In this document: positions 1-12,718 of the stretch, piece after piece
Numbering within the stretch: position 1 is the stretch's first letter
Layout of the letters: each line of letters begins with the position of its first letter
Assembly: GCF_037042905.1 (NCBI RefSeq)
Contig: NC_087246.1
Coordinates: forward strand, 3,348,001 to 3,412,000
Source of the DNA: Lytechinus pictus
Lineage: Eukaryota
DNA length: 64,000 nucleotides
Direction: 5' to 3'
Program-made: the position numbers and the translations under genes
The notes under the pieces: model-generated
Database searches by the model: none
What the model saw: only the letters and a program-made list of their open reading frames with translations
Told to the model about the DNA's origin: nothing

Positions 1-2019
1 GGCAAATCCCACAAACGTGGACCGTCACGAAGAAAGAACAAACGAAGAGGGACTCTGCGGATTAAACAAAAGACATTTCAACTCTGAAGAAGGCCCTTAC
101 CCCATTTGATAAAAATCGAAGCGTCTTCTAATACGTCGAGTACACAAACAAACTGTTAACACAAGCAGGCAGTCACTGTATCGAGGGCTGGGAAGCTTTG
201 TTGTTAAATGAACGCCTTTCGTTCTCGAAACGCGTGAGATTTTTGGTTAAAGTAGTGGCGCCGAAATTCTGTGGGTGACAAAATATGTTAAAAACTAATG
301 TCACGTTGAAGAGAAAACATAATCATTTTCCCATCATAATTTTATAATGATTATATAATGAAGAATGAACATCATATAGAAAGCAGATAGCATGGTAGAT
401 GGATATTTACTCTTTTAGATCGAAACCAACGTTGATTACGGATTTCAAATATTAGAATGAAGAAATGAATCACATAAAACCATCCAGAAATGTCAAGAGA
501 TTAGAAAGTCAGTGCATGCTTCTCAACTTTTATCTTTGCTTTTTAATCTTCACATTCCGGGGAACGGAGACCGAAAATAGAGTTATTCACAGGGATTATT
601 GATTTGGTTGAGTTCTCAAGAAAATCTTCTGTCTTCTATTCCAATTCAACTGCGTCCTCTTGGGCTTGGAAATAAGCTGAGGATTTTAAAGGTGTTCAGA
701 CGATAGTACGCAGAAAAATATCTCGTCAAATTATGTTTTATATTAGGAAGTTAGGATATAAGGCGTAATTAGTTTATATATCCAAACAAACCGTTTATGA
801 CCATGAGGAAAGGGTTATAGTCCATAGATCTAAATCTTTGAGAGTGGCGCACTCAAAAGGGTTCATATTCGCCCCAATTCAAATGAAGGTTATTTTCCCG
901 CGGCTGTGGCACATGTAAACAAGACATCTTGACTCCATGTTTTGTTGTTCTCTTCGGAGGCGGATTAAAATTTAGAGAGGAGTAGGGATACGTCGTCAGA
1001 AAAAGACACACTTTTTCAGTTTTTTTTGTTATTGTTGTTGTTGGTGCCCCCCCGAAAAATGAATGAATAAATAGTAAACTCACATGTAAATATGCAAGCT
1101 AAATAAAACTCCCGTAAAAAATTAAAACCTATAATAAATGAAAATACAATTAAAATAACAATTGCAGTAAAATTCATGTCATGTGCACCTGAGCCACATG
1201 GATGCTCCTACGAGTAGGCTACATTAATATTACATATCTCATGTTATTACGTTATGTAATCCAGTATAACCGAAGTTAGCGTTACAAGTTGTCATGGAAA
1301 CAGGACGAAAATCTTCATGGGTATTCAGATAATAAGGCGCAATAATTATTGTAGTAGGTACATGGTTTGATGGTTATGATATTTGAGTCATATCTTCTTC
1401 CTCTCATAATGTTATGGTATACCAGTAAATATGTCTTCAAATAATGAAGACGATGACGCCGATGTTGAAGATGATGATGATGCTGACGATTATGATGATG
1501 ATTGTCAATATCACTGTTATAGTGACTGTGAAGTAAATCAAAATCTTTGTTTCTGAAGAAGTAAACAATAACTTGAATTTGATAATCCAACCATCCAAGC
1601 TCAAATGCGGAAACTGCATGTTAAAGAATTATGGGGTCATCGGTTCTCTGGTAGAATTATTTCAAGAGCAGGTCTTTTACGAATATTGATCTAAACGGAC
1701 CAATTGTCTCATTTATAAAGCAGCTAATAGATCGATCTTTCGATTTCTTAGTAGCTTAAAAGCTTTGACAAAGCCCGAACGACACCTGCCGGGCAAGAAT
1801 AAAAGAAGGGGCGGATTTTTCGGCCAAACTAAATGTGCAGGAATATAACGGATCGGGATTAATAACACCACACTTGCACAATAGCACAAACTTTGCGGGC
1901 CTAATAGCTACAGATAATGCACATTTAAAGAACAGTTACAACCTATAATGATTATAGGCCTACATATAAAGGCCTACAGTGGTATTATTAATATTGTTTA
2001 GATTATTTCTATAATTATA

Positions 2020-2152
2020 CTAATAATAATCATCATCTGCCTTGGCGTCGTCATCTTCATCATCATTATAATTATTATGACTATTATCATTATTATCTTC
2101 ATTTTCATCATCATCATCATTATCATCAGAATCATCATCATCATCATCACCA
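2020..2152. repeat. (CAT/TAT)n degenerate microsatellite
   Basis: Runs of catcatcat/tattat; explains the poly-Asp ORF 2020..2208(-). Confidence 0.85.
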
Positions 2153-3071
2153 TAACGGCAATGATTAAAAAAGACAAACATATCGGTCATCAAGAATACT
2201 GAGTTCACAGGTTGTGGAACAAAATGTGTTATATAAACGATTTCTTATGTTTTATTTTTTTGTCAACCAGAAGATAATGTCACGCTTGTTTGAATCTTAT
2301 AGAAATATGATTACATTTTTATTTATTAGACCATCGCAATGCTTTACTATTTCGATATACACGCTGTTTACATTGAAATACTGTATACTAATCTCTGATA
2401 CAATAGGTCAAAAGCCGATTACGGGATAGGAAGACTTTAATACAATCTCTTTGATTATATTATGCCGTTCTTTCTTAATCTCATAACTGTAGACCGTTAT
2501 AATCTTGTTGACATGTTGCCTAGTAACCACTGCTCTCAAGGAATCATCATGATAATACGAAGGGGGTGAGGGGGTGGTTAGGTAATGTTTATGAAGAGTT
2601 TAAAAAATCGTACAAAATCTCCTAAGTCTTTACATAAATCAAGTTGGTAATAGTGGTAAAATACCACTACTTACTTTCGGTGAAATCTCTTTGAGTCTCG
2701 TGAACAAATATATTAGTAATGGGTTATGTATTTATCATATTTCTGAACACGCCACATCTAGATACTGTGGTCCAGACTCCCTTTCCATATAAAGAATCGT
2801 TTTATTATGTAACTATGTTGGTAGTTACCATGGAAACCATGAATGGTAATGCTTGCCTGCTGAGTTAATGAATATATTACCAATATGGAATAAAATTTTC
2901 TTCACGGCTATTTTCGCTAACCAAACTCACTTTCTTGTGTACTGATGTCAAATAGACAACAAAGAGAATGTAATAAAAGCAGAGATGACGAGTGGTCCAA
3001 ATTAAAGAGTGGGTGAAAAAGTGCCCGATCAAAAGAATTGCCAAAATTAAAAATAAATCTGGTAAATTTTT

Positions 3072-3123
3072 AGACGTTGTGGCCAAGTGGATTAGTCTCC
3101 AGACTTTGAATCAGAGGGTCGTG
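3072..3123 (+). mobile_element. Truncated tRNA-derived SINE head
   Basis: tgtggccaagtggattagtctccagactttgaatcagagggtcgtg: A-box-like TGGCCAAGTGG, resembles the head of the SINE at 17889; breaks off before a B box. Confidence 0.45.
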
Positions 3124-5119
3124 CATAAACTGCATATATAATTTTTCTTGTTACTGGACCAGACCTTTAGGTCGAGACTTTTCACATTTGTTCAGTCAAG
3201 GTTTTACCATCATGTCATAAAAAGACACTAACTTCTACCGTCCAAACGCAATCCCGTACAAATCAAACATAATAATCAAATAGTAGAACAATGCTAAGCA
3301 TTACTCCGCGGGAGGGATAACTTTGGTGTACTTTTCTCACCTTTATAGGCACTTTAATAACACGAGGATCACCAACCATTTGTGTTGTAACTAATTCATC
3401 TTCGTCCATTAAACATGAATTGGGCTAATTTAATCAAATTAGAACACTAAATAGATTTGTCAGCATACATTACAACCTATATATATTATCCAAAATATAT
3501 CTAGGTATCGATGCCTATGACTCTGGATATATATATAGGCCTATATTATATTCTTGAACGGAAATATTGAACTAATGTTGTTGCATGTGTGATATGTAAG
3601 TGATACGTGACACAAAACAAAAGAATTTATCCATTTCCTATTTCATCACCTCAGAGTTAAAACATCGGGAGCTAGTCGTCACGTTTTAGCCCCTTAAAAT
3701 TCGGAAGAATGTTTACACCCCTCCATGAAGTTACAATCCACATCGATCTGTGATGAAATTTAATCCAATAAAATCAATCGTGTTCCTCAACCTCCTAAAC
3801 GTTTTATGTTCAGACAATTATTTCATAATAAGCGCAGGTGTGTAATCAATGTATATAACTCTAACCTTATATTCTTTTAGTCACGTCCCATTGTGACTCC
3901 ATTTTTTTCTGGTGGAAAGAAAATTGACTGACATTTAATCTGCTGACGATATTTGGGTACATGAACATTATGAAGATTCACATAATGTCGTGCCAAAGTG
4001 AGGGGGGGGGGGGGGAATCGAGTTTGACGAAATATTAATTGGGCTAACAAGCTTCAGAGAAAGAAAATATAATTTTTTGAGGGGCATCGGATTTTCATTT
4101 GCCCGATTTTCTTTAAGGGACTGGACATGGTCTAATTATGAGCAAATATGGTTTTCAAAGTCTTACAACATCTAAACATGACGATTGAACATAGTTCGTA
4201 CATGTGTATATTTGTTTCCGGATGTATTGTAAAATGCATGAATTCAAAGTCCATAATTTAAGCCCAAAAGGTTACATTATATCATCATAACCAAATACAT
4301 TGGAGTTGATTCCAAAGCTTTAATCATTTAAAAGAAAATGCCACATCTCCTCCTCCCATCGGTGTTTAGGATAGTTTTATTGTAATTTTGAAAGGATCCG
4401 AAAAAAATCAGTTTTGAATTGGCTCTGTAATTAGCGAAGAGCCACCCGGTACAATATTCCGTTTTTTCTGAACGATGATTACTTTAATTATGAACCTTAC
4501 AGTAGCCGTTTAACAGTTTTAAGCAAGTTTTTAATTTCTTATATGTAATCTTCGATAAATAAAACCAAGGTATTTAAACTATTAACCAACTACTGTAAGG
4601 TTCATATAGTAAACAGCGTTTTATGAATCTTTAAACATCGTAGACATTCAGCAGTAGGATCTATTCAGTACTCTGTTTGAATTTGTTCTTAAATGAGGGC
4701 GCGCGTTTGTTACAGAGAAACTGGCAACATAGCACTCGCGGGGCAGGCCTTTTTAAACATATAGTTATCAATGAAAATGGATTGAAATTTACATTCAAAG
4801 GAGGCGAGAATGAAAGGTAGAAGCTAAAAGGTGAACTGTGAACTAACATTCACCAAAATGTTTGGCAATAAAATATTTGATACCTATCCAGTCAAGGTGA
4901 CTTCATGTAGAAGACTTACAAATGTTTTACGACTGGTTAGTGGTTACCGTGGGAGTCAACTCCATTGTAAGATGGGGGAGATATCAAATGCATCGATATT
5001 TTGCTTGGACTTAAAGGTTGCCTTAAGTTCCCTAAGTCGTTTTGTCTCGTAGTGAACATTTTTTGCAGGAGTTTTGTCAGTCATAGTATGATCAAATTGA
5101 ATTTACAATATAAGAACAT

Positions 5120-6869
5120 CAGTGGCGAAATCATTTTGGAGGAGATGACCTTAGTTTTTGCCCCCCCCCCCCCCCCCCTATTGGCGGAGCAAAAAAAATG
5201 AAAAAAAGGGGAAAGAAATAAAATCAAAAAAAAAGGGGGAAAAGGGAAAAGAAGAAGAGGAAAAATAAGAGGAGGGAGACGAGTGAATGAAAAAAGGTCA
5301 AGACTTGGAAAATGATTTGAAAATATATTTCATGTCACTTTATAAAATTTCGCTCGCGCTTCGCGCTTGCATAGCCTGTTTGGTGAAATACATATCTTGC
5401 TCAATAGGCTGATATGTAGCTTAAAATATCAAGTTTTAAAATATACTAGGCATATTTCAGCTCGGACATCGAGCTTTCCTTATTTTGATTTACAAATTGA
5501 TTTTTTTAAAGTGCTCTGTAAAATGTCCGTTTTATTGTGTAAATATCATTTGCAGCTTTTTGCGCTGTGCGCTCGCATTATTTGATTTGCCAAGTAGGCC
5601 TACATATTGTCTTTATTTTTTATTCCATAAGATTCTTTATATATTAATTCTATAACAAATTGATTAAAATCCCCCTTTTATGACAGTTTATTAAAAATTT
5701 CGTCTCGCGATTTGCGCTAATATTATTGTTGAAAATATATAAACTCATAAATCCTATTCATGATTACAAAAGTGCTTAAATTATCCAGCACTAGCATAAT
5801 TTATTAAGCGCTATTCATATCCACTTCACAATTTCCCTACACAGTGCTTTAGATAGTGTTAAAAATTCACCCTTTTCATACCGGAATATCAAGTATATTC
5901 CGCTAGCGCTTCGCGCTCGCATTATTGATTTTCATGATAAAAAATGAAATGTATTCAGAATGCCCAGATTCTGCCTAACTCTAAAACACGTGCACACATG
6001 TTTATTGATATACGCAGATTGATCTTTATTCAAAACGTGCTAAAATTATCCAGCTTCAGATCAGAATATCAAAAATTTAAAATTTAATTGTTGGTTTTAT
6101 ACCTTTACCGTTAATGATTACAAAACGTGCTTAGAATGTCAGTTTTTAGGTCGGAATGTAAACAAATTTTCAGCTCATGCTTCGCGCTTGCATTATTTAA
6201 TAGTTGAAATATGTATCGTCTTAATGTCTAACTGCAAAACGTCCTTAACAGGTCCCTTTCTGATCAAGCCAGGACCACTCGCAGTAATTATTTAGTTACA
6301 TACGCATCTTGTTCAGGTTCACAAACATTGCCCAGAATATTCAATTTTCAGGAAAAAATACATGAAATTCCAAAAATTTTCAGCTCGCGCTTCGCGCTCG
6401 CACTATTTAAATAGGGTTTATGAGATTATTACACTCTTTTATGTTGTTTTATAAGAATAAAGCTCAGAAATGACTGTTATGACATCGGCGTTTTGCCCCC
6501 CCCCCCCCAATTTTTCAAGAAAAAAAAAGAGAAAAGGAAAAAGATAAGGGTGAAATATATAGGCCTATTATTTCCCAAATGTCATGTCAAAATCTATCAC
6601 AAACTTTGATTTTTGTAATAAAAACGTTGAAATTTCTGCTCGCTTGCAACTTCTTATTAATTTTACGAGATACGCCGTATCGAGCCCCCTAATTTTTTTT
6701 GGCACATTACGCCACTGGGACAACCCCTTCAAAGAAACAAACACAAATCAACTTTGAGCGGCCAATCGGGGAGAATATGGGAGAAAAAAAAAATCGGGGC
6801 CTTCCTGTTGGCGGGAGCTGGATCCGCCCCTGGTCCCCCCTACCTTCGGGGAGAAATTTCCGCCCTTGC
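5120..6869. mobile_element. Cluster of nested non-autonomous DNA transposon (hAT-like MITE) fragments
   Basis: Termini cagtggcg (5120), tacgccactg (~6717), ggatccgcccctg (~6833), tttccgcccttg (~6869); poly-C tracts; repeated gctcgcgcttcgcgctcgc motif. 6482-6717 is the reverse complement of 24954-25172. No TSD resolved. Confidence 0.65.
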
Positions 6870-7258
6870 ACTTAATTATTACATTTACAAGAAGACGGTG
6901 GTCAATACAGACTGTTTGCAAGAATCATCTCACAAGTGCTATTGTCCAGTGCAAAAGGACACTAGAATTACGGTAGTTTGTTTGCTAAGGCCATATAGCT
7001 GCATTAATAGTAACATCATCATTAGCCAGAGGACAGGGTGAAGGTGATTGTAGATGATAGCACCTCGGATAGCACGTACTGAACAAATACCCTTATGGAC
7101 TCTTATGAACCAAATACAAGAGATGAAAGAGCAAACTTCAAATTCAAGGACAGTTTGTAGTCTGTATGGACCTCCTACGGGTACATGACCATGTTCGATG
7201 CCCCGGTTTAAAAGATCTAGATGGATAATATAAACAGTAGTCTAAATGCTCTTGTATG

Positions 7259-7398
7259 CAGGGACCTGGGAACGATTTTTTCAGTGGGGGTGCTGAAATC
7301 TCTCCTCAAAGGTGGGGGGAGGGGACACAATTGAATTTTCCATAATTACACACACACACACCTCTAAGGGCACAACACACACACCAACCAACCCTCCC

Positions 7399-7436
<38 letters not shown>

Positions 7437-9844
7437 CATATATATGACAGTCACTTCTTAGCTTTCTTCTTATAAAAGAACATAGATATATAATGAGATA
7501 AGTCGAGCGCGAGCTATTTTTTTTGGGGAAATTTATGTATTTTGTCCTGAAAAATTGAACATTTTGAGCAATGTTTGTGGTCCTGAACAAGATGCGTGTG
7601 TAACAAATAATTACTGCGAACGTGATCAGTGCGAGCAGATATTTTTTATATACGCTCTGGTCTGATCGAAAGGGAAGTGTTATTAGGAATGTTTGCAGTT
7701 ACCCATTAAGACGATTCATATATCAACAATCAAATAATGCGAGCGCGAAGCGCGAGCTGAAAAATTGACATTCCGACCTAAATACTGGACTTTCTAAGCA
7801 CTTTTTGCAATCATGAACAGGATAAGATGCGAGCGCGAAGCGCGAGCGGAAACATAATTGAGATTTCAGACCAAAAAACGAGACATTCTAAGCACTTTTC
7901 TAATAATGAAGAGGATAGGTATATAACTATACAATTGATGCGAGCGCGAAGCGCGAGCGGAAATAAGAATGAGATTTCAGACCTAAAAACGGGACATCTT
8001 AAGCACTTTTCTAATCAAGAACAGGATAGGTATATAACTATACAATTGATGCGAGCGCAAAGAGCGAGCGGAAACAAAATTGAGATTTCAGACCTATAAT
8101 TGGGACATGCTATTCATGTTTTGAAAATCAAGAAAATGATGGGTAATTGGATATATTCTTACATTAATAATGTGAGCGCAAAGTGCGAGCAGAAAATTTT
8201 AGATATTCTGATCTGAAACCCCACACTGAATGTAATATGGTTTGAACAGATAAAGATAAATCAGACGAACATAAGAATAAAGATTTGATCAAAATCCGAC
8301 AAGGAATATCAAAGTTATTGCATTTTAAAGATTAGCATTATTCCGGTGAAACAGTTTTAAGCATGTCTTCATTAATATTCAGTGAGCAAACTGATGATGT
8401 CATATCCGCAATTTTGTATTTTATTATATAATATTAGGTTTATTTAATATTTTCCCTTCAAGAACCCAAAAAACAGTTGAATTGACAACTGATTTAGTCT
8501 ATTAGATATTCTTTGCTGCAACTTATTTCATTTTAAGGGGGACAATTTTGATTCCATGTAATAACACAAGAAACAGGATGGTGGGGATGTGATATCGACC
8601 CGCAAGGGCGGAAATCCCAGAGGGGACAGGGGGACGTGTCCCCCCTACCAAAAATAGAAGGGGACACAATATCAAATGTCCCCCTACTATATTTGGTCTT
8701 TCATGGAGAAAAATACATCACTTCACAATCGAAATAATAGCTTTTGGACTAAATGACCTTACATTTTGGGTGAAAAACTTTTTTTTCTTTTTTTTTGCTT
8801 GTCAAATTTTCCATGCAGGCCCTGGTCCCCCTACCTTTGGGAAGAGATTTCCGCACATGTCAACCCACCTATTTAATATTCATGACGACATGCATATCAC
8901 CGTTTTCATAAACTATTGCTAAACTTTAGAATTAAATAACTTAACTATTTGTTATCAGATTTTCATAAAATTGTATTTGATATAAATATTTTCAGCCCGG
9001 AGTAGCCCCAAAACAAGCTGCGTATCTGAATAAACATGCGTGCGCGTGTTTAGAGTTAGCCCTTTAGTATCTAGGCGTTGTAAATACTTTGTTTTTATTA
9101 TAAAAATCAATAATGCGAGCGCGAAGCGCGAGCAGAAAATATTTGATATTCCGATCTGAAAAAGGGTGCATTTAAACACTATTTTAAGTACTGTGTCGGA
9201 AAATTCTTAAGGGGGTGGGGGTCTACAAAACGTCGTTCATTTTCATTACATTTCTGTCATTCATCAACTTACCACTAGATTTCCAGGAGGTGTTGCCTAT
9301 GGAAAATAACACATGCAGCACCCCCAAATTTTGGGGTGCTTCAACCCCAGCACCCCCGCTTCCCAGGGCCATGGGGCAGGGCGAAAAAGACTGTGAAATT
9401 TGATTTCTATTATCTGACTTGTAATTGTTTATACAAAACACGGGCGGTCGGGCTCGCCCACACTTGATTCGACATAAAACCCTCTAAGTTTCAAGTCCAA
9501 CCACACCCTTGTCCCTCCCTGCTATCGAGTAGTCATGGTAGTGTGTAAACTATGGTTATCACGTAGGCCTATCGCGCGCGACCACGTCTGTATCGGCGTG
9601 CCGGAGCTTGATTGAGTCGCGTTACATGTTATAGGAGGGATGTTATTGGAATATGTGAAAGATGTTGTAAATGATTTGCGATTGTCGGATGTGATAATTA
9701 TGTACATTAAACATATATAAAAAAATACAAAGGGAACCTGATTTCGTGGGGGTGCTGCCTATGGAAAATAATACACGCAGCACCCCCAGGAAAATTTTTG
9801 GGGGTGCTTCAGCACCCCCAGCACCCCCGCTTCCCAGGTCCCTG
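7259..9844. mobile_element. Composite non-autonomous hAT-type element (2.6 kb)
   Basis: TIRs CAGGGACCTGGGAA / TTCCCAGGTCCCTG; perfect 8-bp TSD CTTGTATG at 7251-7258 and 9845-9852; internal ~111-bp repeats, (CA)/(TA) microsatellite, nested MITE, duplicated right end. Confidence 0.9.
8603..8859. mobile_element. hAT-like MITE nested in the 7259-9844 element
   Basis: caagggcggaaatc ... gatttccgcacatg termini; same family as 27061-27440. Confidence 0.75.
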
Positions 9845-10045
9845 CTTGTATGCCTACATTGTTTTTCCCCCTTTTTAATTAAATTTTCAGAACAAATGAT
9901 GACACATCAATGCAAAAACAAAAAAACATCCCTATACTTCTCATCAGCTCACGCTCTCACATTACATCACCCACACCATGTACTCACAGACCCCAACAAT
10001 ATAATGCATTTACACCCATATACTCTTGACATATGACCCATACCC

Positions 10046-10800
10046 ACACCACACACTTAACCACCATGCACCCTCATCAAACACTCACAAAGAACACACA
10101 CCCACAGCATGTACTCAGATACTACACCACACACTTAACCACCACGCATCCTCATCAAACACTCACACAGAACACACACCCACAGCATGTACTCACATAC
10201 CACACCACACACTTAACCACAACGCATCCTCATCAAACACTCACAAAGAACACACACCCACAGCATGTACTCAGATACTACACCACACACTTAACCACCA
10301 CGCATCCTCATCAAACACTCACAAAGAACACACACCCACAGCATGTACTCAGATACTACACCACACACTTAACCAACATGCACCCTCATCAAACACTCAC
10401 AAAGAACACACACCCACAGCATGTACTCAGATACTACACCACACACTTAACCAACATGCACCCTCATCAAACACTCACAAAGAACACACACCCACAGCAT
10501 GTACTCAGATACTACACCACACACTTAACCAACATGCACCCTCATCAAACACTCACAAAGAACACACACCCACAGCATGTACTCAGATACTACACCACAC
10601 ACTTAACCACCACGCATCCTCATCAAACACTCACAAAGAACACACACCCACAGCATGTACTCAGATACTACACCACACACTTAACCACCACGCATCCTCA
10701 TCAAACACTCACACAGAACACACACCCTCACCCACAGCATATACTCACATACCACACCACACACTTAACCAACATGCACCCTCACCCACAGCATTTCTTC
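10046..10800. repeat. 78-bp C/A-rich minisatellite (about 9 copies, decaying at the ends)
   Basis: Unit caccacacacttaaccaccacgcatcctcatcaaacactcacaaagaacacacacccacagcatgtactcagatacta; 26-aa periodicity in the ORF track. Confidence 0.95.
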
Positions 10801-12718
10801 CCATACCACGCCACATACTTAACCACCACAACCCTGTATCATTTACACATGCACACCCTCACACACACCCAATCTCACCCACACTTACGCCGGAACTGAA
10901 ATATAGCAGCAATTGTAGTAATCAATCACTTTAATAACAAATAATTATGGTATATACATTGATCTACAATTCAAGCATGCATAAATTTCTGTCAATGAAT
11001 GTACACTTATATGAAAATAATACAAATATCTCTGTAGTAGAAAAGTTTCAAATTATGTATAAAATAAATAAAAATGATCACTGTTTCTACAATCATTCGA
11101 GATCACCAGTAAGGAGCAAAATAACAGAGAATAACAAGTACAAATATATTTTGTATTCAATGACTCATTCCTGATGAAATACTTTTCATAAATAAATCCT
11201 ATTTGATCTTCTTTGATAGATTTCTATGTACTCATGTGCCTTTTCTGTGTTCTCATTTTTGTAAGGGAACCTAAACATTAACAGCAAATGAATACTTTGT
11301 TTCTTCAGGTGCTCTCATGCTTGAGGAAGGCGAGAGAACATTGTGGTCTGTTAATGATTTGACAAATTTGACCATCTTTACCATCTAGAATCATACCTGC
11401 TACATCCTCAAACAGTTCTAGCAACCACCTGTATAAGCACCATCTTAATAAACACACAAAAGGTTAAGTTTCCCTTTTACAGATTAAATATAAATTTCAC
11501 TAAGCTATCATAATACAGATGTGGGAGATCAAATTAGACCAAAACGAGACCTAACAAGAACAATTCTCAGTATTACAATACAGGAGTAAGTCACTTACAA
11601 AATCATATGCAAGTTCAAAATGAATGCTTCTGAGGAAATCAAGTTAAATTTGTTTTTTGGTGTTCACCAATCATTAAACAGACTACTTTGGGAGCACCAA
11701 TTGAGGTTTGTTCACATAAAATGAGGTATTGAAGCAACCATATTATTTTCCCCATGTAGTCACCTTATATATGACTACAGAGTACTTGCAATCTGGTTAT
11801 TTATCGTATACCACAAACTTGAGTCAAAATTAAGAATTGCTGGCAGTCCCTAGAACTACAGCATTCCCATTGCCAGTTGGTTAACATTGGAGAATGATAC
11901 TGGATTTTAAGTTAAAGTTTGTTAATCTATTTTCCTTTTGTGAAATAAGCCTTCAAAATTTGTATTTGATCTAAAAATATGTCCTCATTATTGTGTTATC
12001 AAAACTAAACAAGGTTATAAACTATATTTACATTTTACATTAGTATACATACCATACATGTGTTTATACAAAACCTATATTCCTATACACCTAGCACTGT
12101 TGCACAAATAGTTACCTTGCCCTAGCTTTTGATATCTCTCTAATGGAATGGAAAATTGAACTTATACAATTGCTTCGAGTCTCTTCAAGAACAGTTCATT
12201 ATTGTTGTGCAAACTTCATTTTATAATCGATTACTGAATGCAATATGTATCATAACTACTGTTAGTATTTCTTAATGATGCTCACATTAATAAACAAAGA
12301 GCTGTGAAAAATAAGGGCTAGCAATCATACATTGTCATAATATCTATGACCAAGTAATAAGTTCTGTCATTTATTAGGCCATTCTAGGGTATACTTTATT
12401 CACACTCTGTAGTCTATGAGAAGGAGAAGTATATCAGATTTATTGTCATACTATGTTATGAGTTCATAATACAAATGATGCACAGGATTGAGTGAATCTA
12501 AGGTAAATTTGGCATTGTTAATGTCACTATCCTTTACAAATCATTAACATATTTTGTCCTAGTTATGTACTTAGTTGCACTACAGGGTAATAGTAATTAG
12601 CTTTATATGCACACCAGTAAAAATGTATGCACTGTTCTTGCCTGATCAGATAACAGATACTCTTCTGCCCATTCTGCCCTACAATGTCAGCATGTAGAAG
12701 ATTCTACACACTTATAAG

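Noticed and set aside
83-130. ctgaagaagg...cgaagcgtc resembling a Penelope-type hammerhead ribozyme core
   Set aside because: No GAAA core and no convincing stem II pairing.
1315-2208. His-, Ile- or Asp-rich short ORFs (also 20206-20469 and 40136-40444)
   Set aside because: Products of (CAT/GAT)n microsatellites, with no splice or domain support.
10026-10934. 302-aa and 288-aa His/Thr-rich ORFs
   Set aside because: Two overlapping frames stay open because the 78-bp G-poor unit lacks stops; no signal peptide, splice context or unique domain.
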